From: an uncultured Oligoflexus sp.
Lineage (GTDB): Bacteria; Bdellovibrionota_B; Oligoflexia; Oligoflexales; Oligoflexaceae
Reading direction: 5' to 3'
Length of the DNA: 36,585 nt
Assembly (NCBI GenBank): GCA_964236955.1
Contig: CAXSGP010000045.1
Location: 1-36,585 of the forward strand
Positions 1 through 10,146 of this stretch are shown here, piece by piece. Positions within the stretch are counted from its first letter, which is position 1. Each line of letters opens with the position of its first letter. A program made the position numbers and the translations under genes. Under the pieces are notes generated by a model, which searched no databases, was not told the origin of the DNA, and saw only the letters and a list, made by a program, of their open reading frames with translations.

Positions 1-87
1 CTTAGCGTGCAAAATAACTAGGTCTGGGGTTCAGGATAGAGTGCCACTTAACAGCTTATCGATATTGCCTGCGTCTTTTTCATTGAA

Positions 88-1695
88 TCAATAGGGACAG
101 GCCATGACTACCGATTCACTTTCATTCCAGACCCGATCCCAATACTGGCTGCGGATCTGTGCGGTGACCGGCGCATCGGTGACTATATTGCCAAATTCCT
201 GCAGGTTAGCGGGGTAGAGATTGTGAGAGCCAAGGTAAAAGGCTGCATCATCAACCATAAGAAACTTCGTGTGAAGGCCGGGCTGTTCATCTTTTTTTCC
301 AGGCCAGAAGCCGATGCTCCTTGAAAACCGAAAGGGAGCAGTGACGATCCTCTCACAGGCGGTCTTTTCCGCAGCCTCTTTACTCATGCCTTGATCGACG
401 CGAAATTTTTGGACCAAGGCATCAAGAAAGGTTTTGTATTCGACCGGACCGTTTATAGTCGAATAGCCGTTATAGGCATGCTGATTGGATAGAATCATTT
501 TCACATGAACACCCCGCGCTGCGGCATTGACAATATTGTCAAAGGCAAAGGTGCGGAAAAGGGGCAGAGGCAAGATAAAGAAATTGTAGAGATCCTGCTG
601 AATCAACGCGATACTGGTCGTGGCGCTATCGATGAGATATTGAATGCCCTTCTCCGATACATTGTCGCCAAATGTCCCCAGGCGCCCGACCGTTATGATT
701 TCAACATCACCCGTATCGCTGGCAGATCCCGAGAAATTTGCCATCCGGCCAAGGTCGGCAGGATAAGAGCTAAAATATTTTTGATCGACAGCATTCCAAA
801 GTGAATTGACAAAATTTCGCGCGGCGGCCGCCCCCTCGCCCCGGTATTCCATACTCAGGTCAAATATAGTTCGGGCACTGAGATACTGGGCGTCCCAAAA
901 ATTATGCCCGCCCTGCAGCGCACGGTTGCCGTCCGCAACTATGATTTTCGCATGATTCCAGCTCGCGTCTTTACCTAGCCACGCTAAATTCATATGCAGT
1001 CGATGATAGGTTTGTGGTGCCGTGGACTTCATACTGTCCGTTATTTTTTTCATAATGCTGCTGGTGGAATTTAGGCCTGGCAATCCTGCCACGTTACCTG
1101 AGAACAGGAGACGAATAGAGGGGACAGAGTCTTTCTGACTTAAAAAGGCCAAGGCATTTATCATCACTGTATAAAAGCGGCCCGATGGCATCGAAAGGGA
1201 TACAAAATCCAATTCATGGTCAGCTGACGTTAATACGCTATAGAAGCGATCCATCAGACTATCACCCATGCCCAGGCACATCTTTGTTGGGCTCTGGCCA
1301 AGTTTGGTAATCGACGCCAGCAAGGGCACACATTGCGTGGAAACGGTCTGGCAGTCCCTGTCCAGGGTGCAGTGCTGCCGTTTGAAATCTTTGTCACAAT
1401 CAGGCGAGCGAAGGTCACAATCCAAGGAGTCAGGGATCTGATCCGCAGTAGCTCCCCATATCCTATCGGGTCCCTGGACTATCCAATCCGGCTGCATTTG
1501 AACCTTGGTGCTGGACCAAAGTGAGTCTTCTCCTAGGGGATTGGACAACTTAAGCTTGGCAACGATTTCATCGTGTATTTCATGAGCCCTTTTGGCTAGC
1601 TCATCGTCTGAGCTGCTTTGAGAAAACTCATGCGATGGGCCGCAACCCACGAGCGGCAGGAGTAGAGAGGCCAGAAATGCATGATGAAATCGCAT
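88..1695 (-). CDS. Phospholipase D family lipoprotein (Streptomyces PLD / Yersinia murine toxin-like)
   Basis: Two HKD motifs: WNHAKIIVADG...GGHN and LHTKFLMVDD...GSHN. Lipobox LPLVG-C. Start set at ATG 1695, which has a GGAGA RBS upstream; the ORF is open to 1725. Confidence 0.9.
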   Translation of the reverse strand: MRFHHAFLASLLLPLVGCGPSHEFSQSSSDDELAKRAHEIHDEIVAKLKLSNPLGEDSLWSSTKVQMQPDWIVQGPDRIWGATADQIPDSLDCDLRSPDCDKDFKRQHCTLDRDCQTVSTQCVPLLASITKLGQSPTKMCLGMGDSLMDRFYSVLTSADHELDFVSLSMPSGRFYTVMINALAFLSQKDSVPSIRLLFSGNVAGLPGLNSTSSIMKKITDSMKSTAPQTYHRLHMNLAWLGKDASWNHAKIIVADGNRALQGGHNFWDAQYLSARTIFDLSMEYRGEGAAAARNFVNSLWNAVDQKYFSSYPADLGRMANFSGSASDTGDVEIITVGRLGTFGDNVSEKGIQYLIDSATTSIALIQQDLYNFFILPLPLFRTFAFDNIVNAAARGVHVKMILSNQHAYNGYSTINGPVEYKTFLDALVQKFRVDQGMSKEAAEKTACERIVTAPFRFSRSIGFWPGKKDEQPGLHTKFLMVDDAAFYLGSHNLYPANLQEFGNIVTDAPVTAQIRSQYWDRVWNESESVVMACPY

Positions 1696-1952
1696 GGTGT
1701 CTCCGATCATGAATAGATTTTCCATTCATCATGTTTCTAGCCTTTGGTCAATCGCTTATAGTCGAAGAGATTGACAGTCGCCTCTGGTCTGGAGGCTATG
1801 GGGCACAGCAATTCCGTGCTTCTGACGGCCAGCGGATCGAAGGGCGGCTTGAGAGGTCCCCCCTTGCCGCTAAAGAACTGATCGCAGCCTAGTCTTGAGC
1901 GTGATACTTTCGGAACGAATTTTCTCAAATTTTTTTTCGAGAGGACGCTGCC

Positions 1953-3722
1953 ATGGGGCGTTGCCTAGGTCTAACGAAGGCTATTTTGGTCTTAGCTTTA
2001 AACTTGGGAATAGGCTCCTTTCTATTCGCCGAGTCTAAAAATCCCGAACTCATCACTAAGGCTGAGTTGACGCAGGGGGCCGAAACAGGCCGTTATGAAG
2101 AGGTCGAGCGACTTTGTCCGGCCTTTGCCAAGGTCTATCCCCGCCAGGTCCGCTGCTTCACTTTTGGCAAGACTCCTGAAGGGCGGCCCATGCTGGCATT
2201 GGCAATCGGGGAAAGCCGCTTTCTGGAACCTTCCCTTGCCCGATCGCACGAACGACCGGTCGTTTTGTTTCAGGGGGGTATCCATGCGGGGGAGATCGAT
2301 GGCAAAGACGCAGGATTTTGGTTGGTCCGCGACATTTTGGACGGTAAAATTTTACCCGATGTCTTAAAGAAGCTAAGTCTGGTCTTTGTTCCCGTTTTTA
2401 ATGTGGATGGACATGAGCGCTTTGGAGCCCAGGGTCGACCCAATCAGCTTGGGCCCAAGGAGATGGGCTGGCGAACCACTGCGCAGAATTTTAATCTCAA
2501 TCGTGATTATCTCAAAGCCGATGCACCGGAAATGCGGGCGATGTTAAAGTTGCTTCGTACCTGGGATCCTATGCTTTATGTCGATCTGCATGTGACGGAT
2601 GGAGCTAAATTTCAGCACGATATTGCATTGATGATTGAACCCAGTCTCAGTGGACCCGAGCCCCTTCGCAAAGCGACCGAGAAATTGCGGGCTCAATCGA
2701 TAGCAGATCTTAAAAATGCCGGACATCTTCCGCTTTCTTTCTATCCCAGTTTTTTAAAGGACGATGAACCGGAGTCGGGAATAGCCGCGGGACCGGCGAC
2801 CGCTCGCTATAGTAATGGCTATTGGGCCTTGAACAATCGAATCGCCGTGCTGGTCGAAACTCATTCCTGGCGACCCTATGCCCATCGTGTGCGATCGACC
2901 TATGAAGCGATGAAATCATTGCTGGCAAGTGCGGCCCAGTCGGGGACTCAGTGGCGTAAAGCTGCTGATCTTTCGGAAAATCAAGCCAAGCGGCTGCCGG
3001 GCACCTCGACGGTCCTGAGCTATAAGAATACCAAGACCAGCACCAAAATAGATTTTCTGGGCTATGCCTACACCCGGACCCTATCAAACATTTCAGGCCA
3101 GCTCATGACCCGCTATGACGTTTCAAAGCCAGAGGTTTGGAGCCTTCCATTTTTTCCTGAAGTCGAACCCAAGATTTCGGCAACGGTTCCCAAGGCCTTT
3201 ATGATTCCTCCCGCCTATCGCGAAGTTTTCGAGGAAAGGCTTAAATTGCATGGTATTGCCTACGAGATATTAACGACGAAATGGGAAGGCAAGGGCCTTG
3301 CCTTTCGCATGAAGATTCTGGGAACCGGCAAAGGTCCCAATGAATCTCATCAAAAGATCGATTACGAAGGGGCCTGGGAGCCTTTTACAGGTGAGGTCCT
3401 GGCGGGAGGCTTAAAGGTGAATATGAATCAGGCGCAGGCCCAGCTTGCCATGCTGCTGCTCGATCCCGTAAGTCCTGAGTCGCTCCTGGCCTGGGGCTAT
3501 ATCAACCAGATCTTCGAACGTAAAGAATATATGGAACCCTATGTTGCTGAGGAAGCGGCAGAAGGCATGCTCAAGGATGCCAGGATCAAAGCAGAGTTTG
3601 AAGAAAAGCTAAAGGATCCTGAGTTTGCAAGGGATGCCGACAGGCGTTTGGATTTTTTTGCTGCCAAACACCCAAGCTATGACCAGAGATATTTGGTTTA
3701 CCCTATCATCCGGGTCGATTGA
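1953..3722 (+). CDS. M14 family zinc carboxypeptidase, exported
   Basis: GIHAGEIDG (HxxE), NLNRDY and DLHVTDG zinc/substrate motifs. N-terminal signal peptide. GAGGA RBS upstream. Confidence 0.9.
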   Translation: MGRCLGLTKAILVLALNLGIGSFLFAESKNPELITKAELTQGAETGRYEEVERLCPAFAKVYPRQVRCFTFGKTPEGRPMLALAIGESRFLEPSLARSHERPVVLFQGGIHAGEIDGKDAGFWLVRDILDGKILPDVLKKLSLVFVPVFNVDGHERFGAQGRPNQLGPKEMGWRTTAQNFNLNRDYLKADAPEMRAMLKLLRTWDPMLYVDLHVTDGAKFQHDIALMIEPSLSGPEPLRKATEKLRAQSIADLKNAGHLPLSFYPSFLKDDEPESGIAAGPATARYSNGYWALNNRIAVLVETHSWRPYAHRVRSTYEAMKSLLASAAQSGTQWRKAADLSENQAKRLPGTSTVLSYKNTKTSTKIDFLGYAYTRTLSNISGQLMTRYDVSKPEVWSLPFFPEVEPKISATVPKAFMIPPAYREVFEERLKLHGIAYEILTTKWEGKGLAFRMKILGTGKGPNESHQKIDYEGAWEPFTGEVLAGGLKVNMNQAQAQLAMLLLDPVSPESLLAWGYINQIFERKEYMEPYVAEEAAEGMLKDARIKAEFEEKLKDPEFARDADRRLDFFAAKHPSYDQRYLVYPIIRVD

Positions 3723-3774
3723 TGCATTGATAAGAATCCGACACTTGCGACATCGGCTCGAATGATCGCAAAAA

Positions 3775-3818
3775 TCCCAGTGGCCATCGGCTCCTTCCGG
3801 CTGCTGGGGAGGGTTTTT
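3775..3818 (+). terminator. Possible intrinsic terminator of the M14 gene
   Basis: CCCAGTGGCC / GGCTGCTGGG stem with G-U pairs, followed by GGGTTTTT, about 50 nt after the stop codon. Confidence 0.4.
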
Positions 3819-3989
3819 CCTTCTGATCGAAAAAGGTCAAATTGCCCCTTAGCCTCCTCATGCCTTATTCCTAACCAATTGAAAATATTCGATAATATTA
3901 TGGCAATCATATTTTTCCTAAAGATTTTTTGCAAAACTGCCGAGACGTGTCTGCTCCTCCGCATGTTTAAATTCTACAGGGAATAAAAA

Positions 3990-5567
3990 ATGGTGAATTT
4001 TCGCTTTGCCCTCATCACTATCATTGGCCTAAGCACGTTAAATGCCATTTCGTGCAAAAAAAATTCGGGCGGCGGAGCTGACAATGGTGGCGTTAAGCCC
4101 AAGCCAGGCGAGCCAATAGCCAAGAATGATGCGTCGGAGCCCCCGATCGATTCAACGGCAGAAGCACCCGATGATTCATCGGAAACGCCCCCAAAAATAC
4201 CGGCTGAGGCAGCGCTTTTTACCCTCACCGACCAAAGTTCAAGCTTAGAGGGAATTCTCGAACAGGGCACCTTGAGCAAAGCGGATTGTGATAGCTATTT
4301 CAAGGGCCAGACCGATAGAAAAACGACGCTGCGCTGCGGCAAGTGGATGTTCTTCTACGACAGCCTGGGAGTGCCCGGGTCACCCGCGAAGCTTACGGAT
4401 TTGATCCGCGACAAAGCACCCACGACCGTTGGCAAGTCATTTGAAAAATTTGGGCTCTATCCCGATCCCTATTCCAAGACAAAGCTACCGGTGGGTATGG
4501 CACCTGGGCCCGACATGGTTGCCGGTGTTCCAACCTATACGCTAACCTGTGGAACCTGCCATTTCGGGAAAATTCCTGATGGCCGCTATGTTGTCGGTCA
4601 GCCCAATCCAGATTTCGCCTTCGGCAAGATGATTCTTACTATCACGACGATGCCTGAACTGGCGTTACAGCCAGGCAAGAAGCTGGACGTGGAAGCGAAA
4701 AAGATACTAGACCCGATCTCAGAAGAAATTTTTGGCAAGCTCGGTGCCCGCGCTGGTGTCATCAGCCAAGTCATTGCCTTGATACCCAACGTCATTGTAA
4801 AGAAAAATAAGCCGCTCAATAATGCCGAAAAATTGGATTTGGCCGTCAGTCCTCCCGGCATTATGGATCCGTATTCAGCGCCGAGTCTTGATGATGGGGT
4901 TCGTGTCCCGGCCCGCATGGTACCTCTTTGGGGCATCGATCAAAAGGGAATGGAAGCCGCTGGATCCAAGCATGGGGCGATGCTCGGTTCGGCGGGAGGC
5001 GCCCCCGACTTGCAGCATATTTTGCGAACCTTCGGCGTTATTTCCAGCGTACTTAAAGATGAACCCGTACCGAAGGACCTTGAGGCCCATGTCGTCCCAT
5101 TGATCCAATATATCTTGAGCCTATCGCCTCCCCGCAAGGCCGGGGTCTTTGATAAAGTGAAGCTGGCAGCGGGAGAACAACTCTTTAAGAAGTCTTGTGT
5201 CTCCTGCCATAACGGTCCAGGCTATGCCGGCACTCAAATCTTCAGTCCTATCGAAATAGGGACCGATCCCAATGTCATGAAACTGGTTCATGATCCTAAA
5301 AAAGAGGGAAAAGCCATTTTTGATGTCGTCCTGCCTGAGGAGATTACCTCTGGCGTTCGGGCCCGTAAGCTGTCGGGCGTCTGGTCGATGTCGCACCTCT
5401 TGCACAACGGAAGCGTAAGTTCACTGGCTGATCTCTTTTGCTTAAACGGCCCTCGTCCGGACTCTGGTTTGGGTTCGGGATACAGTTCGGCTGGTCACAG
5501 ATATACTTGTGATGGGCTGACCCCTGTGGAAAAAAATAATATCATCGCCTTCCTCGAGTCCCTTTGA
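3990..5567 (+). CDS. Di-heme c-type cytochrome lipoprotein (RoxA-like / CCP-MauG superfamily)
   Basis: Two CxxCH motifs (CGTCH, CVSCH). RARKLSGVWSMSHLLHNGSV and SSAGHRY segments typical of RoxA-like di-heme proteins. Lipobox LNAIS-C followed by a Pro/acidic linker. Confidence 0.8.
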   Translation: MVNFRFALITIIGLSTLNAISCKKNSGGGADNGGVKPKPGEPIAKNDASEPPIDSTAEAPDDSSETPPKIPAEAALFTLTDQSSSLEGILEQGTLSKADCDSYFKGQTDRKTTLRCGKWMFFYDSLGVPGSPAKLTDLIRDKAPTTVGKSFEKFGLYPDPYSKTKLPVGMAPGPDMVAGVPTYTLTCGTCHFGKIPDGRYVVGQPNPDFAFGKMILTITTMPELALQPGKKLDVEAKKILDPISEEIFGKLGARAGVISQVIALIPNVIVKKNKPLNNAEKLDLAVSPPGIMDPYSAPSLDDGVRVPARMVPLWGIDQKGMEAAGSKHGAMLGSAGGAPDLQHILRTFGVISSVLKDEPVPKDLEAHVVPLIQYILSLSPPRKAGVFDKVKLAAGEQLFKKSCVSCHNGPGYAGTQIFSPIEIGTDPNVMKLVHDPKKEGKAIFDVVLPEEITSGVRARKLSGVWSMSHLLHNGSVSSLADLFCLNGPRPDSGLGSGYSSAGHRYTCDGLTPVEKNNIIAFLESL

Positions 5568-5626
5568 TTTGAATTCTGGGTCTCGCCGTTTGCCTTTGGG
5601 CGGCGGGCATCCTGGATATCATTCCT

Positions 5627-5667
5627 AAAGCAAAGACCGCATCAGGAACCAGACTCCCGATGCGGCC
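5627..5667 (-). terminator. Intrinsic terminator of the S8 peptidase gene
   Basis: On the minus strand: GGCCGCATCGGGA-loop-TCCTGATGCGGTC, a 13-bp stem whose two G-U pairs exist only on this strand, followed by TTTGCTTT. Confidence 0.75.
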
Positions 5668-5711
5668 GTTATGTTTTGCCGGAATCCCCCCCAAGTGAAA
5701 ACCGGGCTGGA

Positions 5712-8700
5712 TCAATTCAATTTGATTTGCACTGGAACCACGATCAAAGTCAGATCGGGCGAAGCCACGCGCAGACTCCCGAGTATTTCGTAAGACTGGT
5801 CCCCACGAAAGATGTCCTTTTTAAAGAAGGGATCATTCGCATCAAGGGTGTAAGTGATGCTCCAGAAGCGATCGGATCCCAACATCGAAGCAGCCACCGT
5901 CCCTTTAGCGCCTGCTGTGAATCCTATAGTCTCAGCAATTTGAATCGTCGCCTGACCGTCTTTTATCGCGTAACCATCGGCTACCAGCTTATAGGCTTTG
6001 TCAGCCGAGGGTTTAAAGCTTACGGTTTCTTCGTCGGTCGGTGAGGCACTGACCGCAAGGCTTAGGCAGTTTGCACCATTCCCATCACATTCGAAGAGTT
6101 CGATATCGATATCAGAGCCGGGGGCTCCACTCGAACTCAGGTCAACATTGAGGACATCCGCAGGAAAAGTTCTCAGTACTTGGCCTTTTTTGCTGGGAAC
6201 ATCAAGCTTTTCGCCATCTTTAATGAGAAAACTGCTGCGGCCCAGGGCTTTGTCAACGATGTAAGTGGAATGCTCAGGACTTACGACACTGGCGCGACTT
6301 ACTTCCTTGATCTCAATATTTGTATGACCATTGAGAGCAGCCAATTCCCCCGTTATGGAAGTGAGTTGAGAAACGGATTTCGCATAATCGACTCTCAATT
6401 GATAGTGGCTCAAGGGAACCCGGGAGCCGCCGATGACGTGCAGATCCCAAAGTCCTGCTTTCGGTGATAAAACTTCGGCTTCAAAATGTCCGTAATCCTC
6501 TTCCTGAGGGCCCATAGTAAAGCCTGGTCCGGTGCAGCTTGCCGCGTGGCCTGCATTCAGTGAAGGGGGTAATGCAACATTGCTGCCACCATAGACGGAA
6601 AGGGAAACGCTTGAACAATTTTGGGCCTGGCCTGCTGCGTCAACCGTTGCTTTAGGCACGCTTAGCGAAACTTTAAGACTGTTAATGTCGGTGGGGACAT
6701 CGATATAATTGCGTTTAACGCCGAGCGCGGTAACCTCTCCATTAGTGACTGTGTACTGGCTACCGCCAGTGAGAGTTTCGTGGGGAACATTGAGATAGAC
6801 GGGGATAATAAAAGCAGGTACAGGCTCTGTCACGGTGCCGTCTGCGGAGGTTTTATAGGCTCGAATCAAAGCCCCATGGTCGCCCTTGGGAAGGTCTGCT
6901 ATTTTTGCCCGGTCAACGCAGAAGTAGATTGTACTTTCAGCTGTCCCGGACGGACCGCCCTGACTATCCAAGGCGCCCTGCCCGACCAGAGTTAAAAGTT
7001 CATTGCTTTGGATCGTATCGCATCGATTGGCAGAGGCCGATTCTGCTCCGAAAAAGGTATTGGCTTTGATCCACTCGACGTTAGAGCCATGAATCTCAGT
7101 GGTCAGCTTAAAGAATTCACCGCTTGAAACCAAGTTCGCAAAGGCGTCGCCTTGTTGATTTTGCGTTTGCATTCCCTCTGCAGCCAGGGGCAGGCGCCGG
7201 GCGATTCCTGCAACGTAAATATTTTTCTTGCTGGTCGTATCAATCCATAATCCAGCGCCGTAAGTGGTGACCTCATGAGGATCGGCAGGCGGCGCACCGT
7301 TATAAACAGTTCCATCCCGACCGGTGACGCTAGTCCGCACTTCGTACACGGTCGGGATCGTTTGACCCTTGCCGGTGATGCCGGTTGATACAGGAGTGGA
7401 GCCGAGTTTTTTCAAAGCCAGCCAGGCGGCCGGAACATCAATAATACCCGTACCCTGATCGATCCAGGTGTACTCTCCGTTTCGGGTGGCCTTGGTTTTA
7501 GGATCAAATGTTGTCACATCAAAAGCTTTCGCCGAGCCGACCAAAACTTTTCTCAAGCTGTATACGTCGGTCGGTATTTTGGAATCAGGGTGTTTACGAT
7601 TATAGCGGCGGGCGGAATCGAGAAGCAGGGCAAACGCACCGGTAACGGTCGGCGCTGCCATCGATGTGCCTTGGAATACATCTGTACCTGAGCGACCGGG
7701 CTGATTCAATCCAACCGCAGATAATTCAGTGCCCGGAGCTGTTACGTCGGGTTTAAATCCACCGTTGTTCAAGGGCCCGCGACTGCTAAAGTACATCATA
7801 AAATCTTCGTCAGGTGCGGCCGAGGTTGGAACACCCAGATGGCTTTGGCGGCCCATCATGTAAGCCGAAGCACTCGCCCCCACCGTAAGAGCCAAGCGAC
7901 TGGTACCGGGTGATCCAACGGTTTGGAGGCCGGGCCCTGAATTGCCGGCGGAGAGAACAAAGAGGGTATTGGTGATTTGAGTGAGCCGGTCGATGAGAAG
8001 GGACTGGGTATCATAGCCATCATTTTGGGCGCTGTCGCCGCCTAAGGACATATTGATCACATCGACCTTCGCATCGAGTGCCAGTTCCTGAATCCCCCTA
8101 GAGGCGGAACATCCACGGGTGTTGGAACAGACTCGGTTGGAGAAGATCCGAGTGTTGGGAGCCACGCCTCGCGCGAGGGTGGAGTCTTTGTCATTGGATA
8201 TAGTTTTTCGTCCGCCGACGATACCAGCGACATGGGTGCCATGATTGCCAGAATCGTATCCTACCACCGAAGCTGTGATGCTCTTGACATCCAGGTCTTT
8301 CTCTGTCGTTTTCAGTGTTGCCGTTCCAAGGGCGATCCCAAAACGTTCGGCGAAGACCTGAGTCGTGTCATGAGAACTATTGAAATCACGCAAAGGCATG
8401 GCATTGCTTAAATCGATTGCTGAAGCGAAGGTATTGACCTTGTCTTTGCCCAATGTTCCAATCGGATTAAGGGCAACAAAAACCTGGTAGGTAGCCTGAT
8501 CGCCAGAGTCTTGAGGGGCGACGAGAAACAATCCGAAAACATCGTTGGTATTGCCGTCATGGTTGAGGTCGAAGGATCCCTCGGCACTGTTATAGGTAAT
8601 CTCGGCAAGCAGACCGAGCTTTACAGTGGCTCCGTCGACGACGGCCTGGCGAATGGCCGCCGGTACCTTCAAAGGGGTGCCTTTGGGCAAAGTCAGTAGG

Positions 8701-9656
8701 TTGGCGCCATCAGCCAGGGGCAGGTCGGCGCTAGGGCTTAGATGAGCCGAAACGTCTTCAGCAAAAATTAGATTGGCCTCCTTGGTCCCAAAATTCGCCG
8801 CTTCGGCGGCCGTGCCAAGTCTTACCGAAAAATGGGCTGTCTCGGGGAAATAGACTTTCCCCTCTAAGGTCGTATCCTGCATATACGCAATACGTGATTT
8901 GCCGTTGCCATCTAAAAAGGCAGGATGATTGTAGGTGATGCCGGTATCGGTTATTCCCACATTCACCAGTGAACCATCCGCCTTCTCGCCAAGCTCCTGC
9001 TCAAGACCCTGCAGAAATTGGTTGGTGACACCGATGCGGGTGAGGCCGGAAAAACCATCGGTATTGTCTTTGCTGGCTGCGGATGCAATTATTTTGTTTA
9101 TATTTTTCGAAAGCTCTTTGATTTTGGAAAGTTCACCCGGATCGGTGGTTACGGCTTCCATCGTGAGAGTGGTGGGAAGATCCTTGGTGTTTTGGAGCCT
9201 TGACCACAAATCCTGGCTATAGGGAATCCACATGGAGTAAAAGCCCGTTTCGCCGATGACTTGCTTCTGCAGGAATTCCTCGCCGACTGATTTCTCCAGT
9301 GCGGTGAGAGATTCATTGACCTCATTCACTATAGTTTTTCGAACATCGACTTGATGAACGGGATTACCATCCTGCAGGTGACGCGAATAGCTATGGGGCG
9401 CCATGAGACCTTGCACTTCGAGATAGCTGCGGCCTTTCACTTTGATCGTAAAGGATACGCGGCCGTTGGGCCACGAGACGATTGACTCATTTGGAATGAT
9501 AGGAGGAAGAGGCTGCGTTGGGACGATGAGACCAGCTGGATCCACGGCAGCTCCTGGCCGGGCTGATGAAGAATGCCGCAAGCAAGCAGGTAGGCTGGTG
9601 GCCAGTCCCACGCAAAGGAGAAGATCGATGATCAGGGAACGATTCTTGTCAAGCAT
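5712..9656 (-). CDS. S8 subtilisin-like serine peptidase lipoprotein with TPP-II-like D-H insertion and C-terminal beta/PPC-like domains
   Basis: Catalytic triad motifs TDTGI (D237), GNHGTHVAG (H472), QGTSMAAP (S665); oxyanion motif SAGNSG; FKPDVTAPG. Lipobox SLPA-C. Confidence 0.92.
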   Translation of the reverse strand: MLDKNRSLIIDLLLCVGLATSLPACLRHSSSARPGAAVDPAGLIVPTQPLPPIIPNESIVSWPNGRVSFTIKVKGRSYLEVQGLMAPHSYSRHLQDGNPVHQVDVRKTIVNEVNESLTALEKSVGEEFLQKQVIGETGFYSMWIPYSQDLWSRLQNTKDLPTTLTMEAVTTDPGELSKIKELSKNINKIIASAASKDNTDGFSGLTRIGVTNQFLQGLEQELGEKADGSLVNVGITDTGITYNHPAFLDGNGKSRIAYMQDTTLEGKVYFPETAHFSVRLGTAAEAANFGTKEANLIFAEDVSAHLSPSADLPLADGANLLTLPKGTPLKVPAAIRQAVVDGATVKLGLLAEITYNSAEGSFDLNHDGNTNDVFGLFLVAPQDSGDQATYQVFVALNPIGTLGKDKVNTFASAIDLSNAMPLRDFNSSHDTTQVFAERFGIALGTATLKTTEKDLDVKSITASVVGYDSGNHGTHVAGIVGGRKTISNDKDSTLARGVAPNTRIFSNRVCSNTRGCSASRGIQELALDAKVDVINMSLGGDSAQNDGYDTQSLLIDRLTQITNTLFVLSAGNSGPGLQTVGSPGTSRLALTVGASASAYMMGRQSHLGVPTSAAPDEDFMMYFSSRGPLNNGGFKPDVTAPGTELSAVGLNQPGRSGTDVFQGTSMAAPTVTGAFALLLDSARRYNRKHPDSKIPTDVYSLRKVLVGSAKAFDVTTFDPKTKATRNGEYTWIDQGTGIIDVPAAWLALKKLGSTPVSTGITGKGQTIPTVYEVRTSVTGRDGTVYNGAPPADPHEVTTYGAGLWIDTTSKKNIYVAGIARRLPLAAEGMQTQNQQGDAFANLVSSGEFFKLTTEIHGSNVEWIKANTFFGAESASANRCDTIQSNELLTLVGQGALDSQGGPSGTAESTIYFCVDRAKIADLPKGDHGALIRAYKTSADGTVTEPVPAFIIPVYLNVPHETLTGGSQYTVTNGEVTALGVKRNYIDVPTDINSLKVSLSVPKATVDAAGQAQNCSSVSLSVYGGSNVALPPSLNAGHAASCTGPGFTMGPQEEDYGHFEAEVLSPKAGLWDLHVIGGSRVPLSHYQLRVDYAKSVSQLTSITGELAALNGHTNIEIKEVSRASVVSPEHSTYIVDKALGRSSFLIKDGEKLDVPSKKGQVLRTFPADVLNVDLSSSGAPGSDIDIELFECDGNGANCLSLAVSASPTDEETVSFKPSADKAYKLVADGYAIKDGQATIQIAETIGFTAGAKGTVAASMLGSDRFWSITYTLDANDPFFKKDIFRGDQSYEILGSLRVASPDLTLIVVPVQIKLN

Positions 9657-9725
9657 CTTTATTCATTCCAAGGTTTGCATGGTTTGCGGTGCATAAGCAG
9701 AGGTCTTTTTTGAATTTATAAAGGT

Positions 9726-9755
9726 AGACTAGTGAAATGCCCTAAGGATTGTCAA
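9726..9755 (-). promoter_or_regulatory. Putative sigma70 promoter of the S8 gene
   Basis: Minus strand TTGACA - 18 nt - TAGTCT, about 70 nt upstream of the start codon. Confidence 0.5.
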
Positions 9756-10146
9756 TTTCATTTGCTTATCCAAAAATCTTGATCGGCCCGTTGCCTACGG
9801 CATCGATGTCTTTCATTGTCTGTTCATTTCCTCTTCCAGCGTTTGAACACTTTGCCAGCAGTTGCTTTGCCGTTTGGGAATGGAAAAATTGTTAAAGACA
9901 AAATATTTTTTTGGAAAATAAACTTCGCCTGGGTTTGAACAATATTCACCTCGACGCGAAATTTTAGCCTGATCCTTTGCCCGGACATGGACTTGCTCGC
10001 AGGAACGACTTGGCGCAACCTATTGAAAAGTTTAACTTCTTTAAAATACAATTAAGTATCTTGCCTCTATTGTCGATAACAACAGGCCGCGCCCGTTTGC
10101 AGTGGGCGGAGGGTTACAGTTCCATGAAATAAGGTTACAAACTTTT

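Noticed and set aside
10010..10030. Sigma54-like TGGCGC...TTG upstream of the 10147 gene
   Set aside because: Does not satisfy GG-N10-GC spacing.
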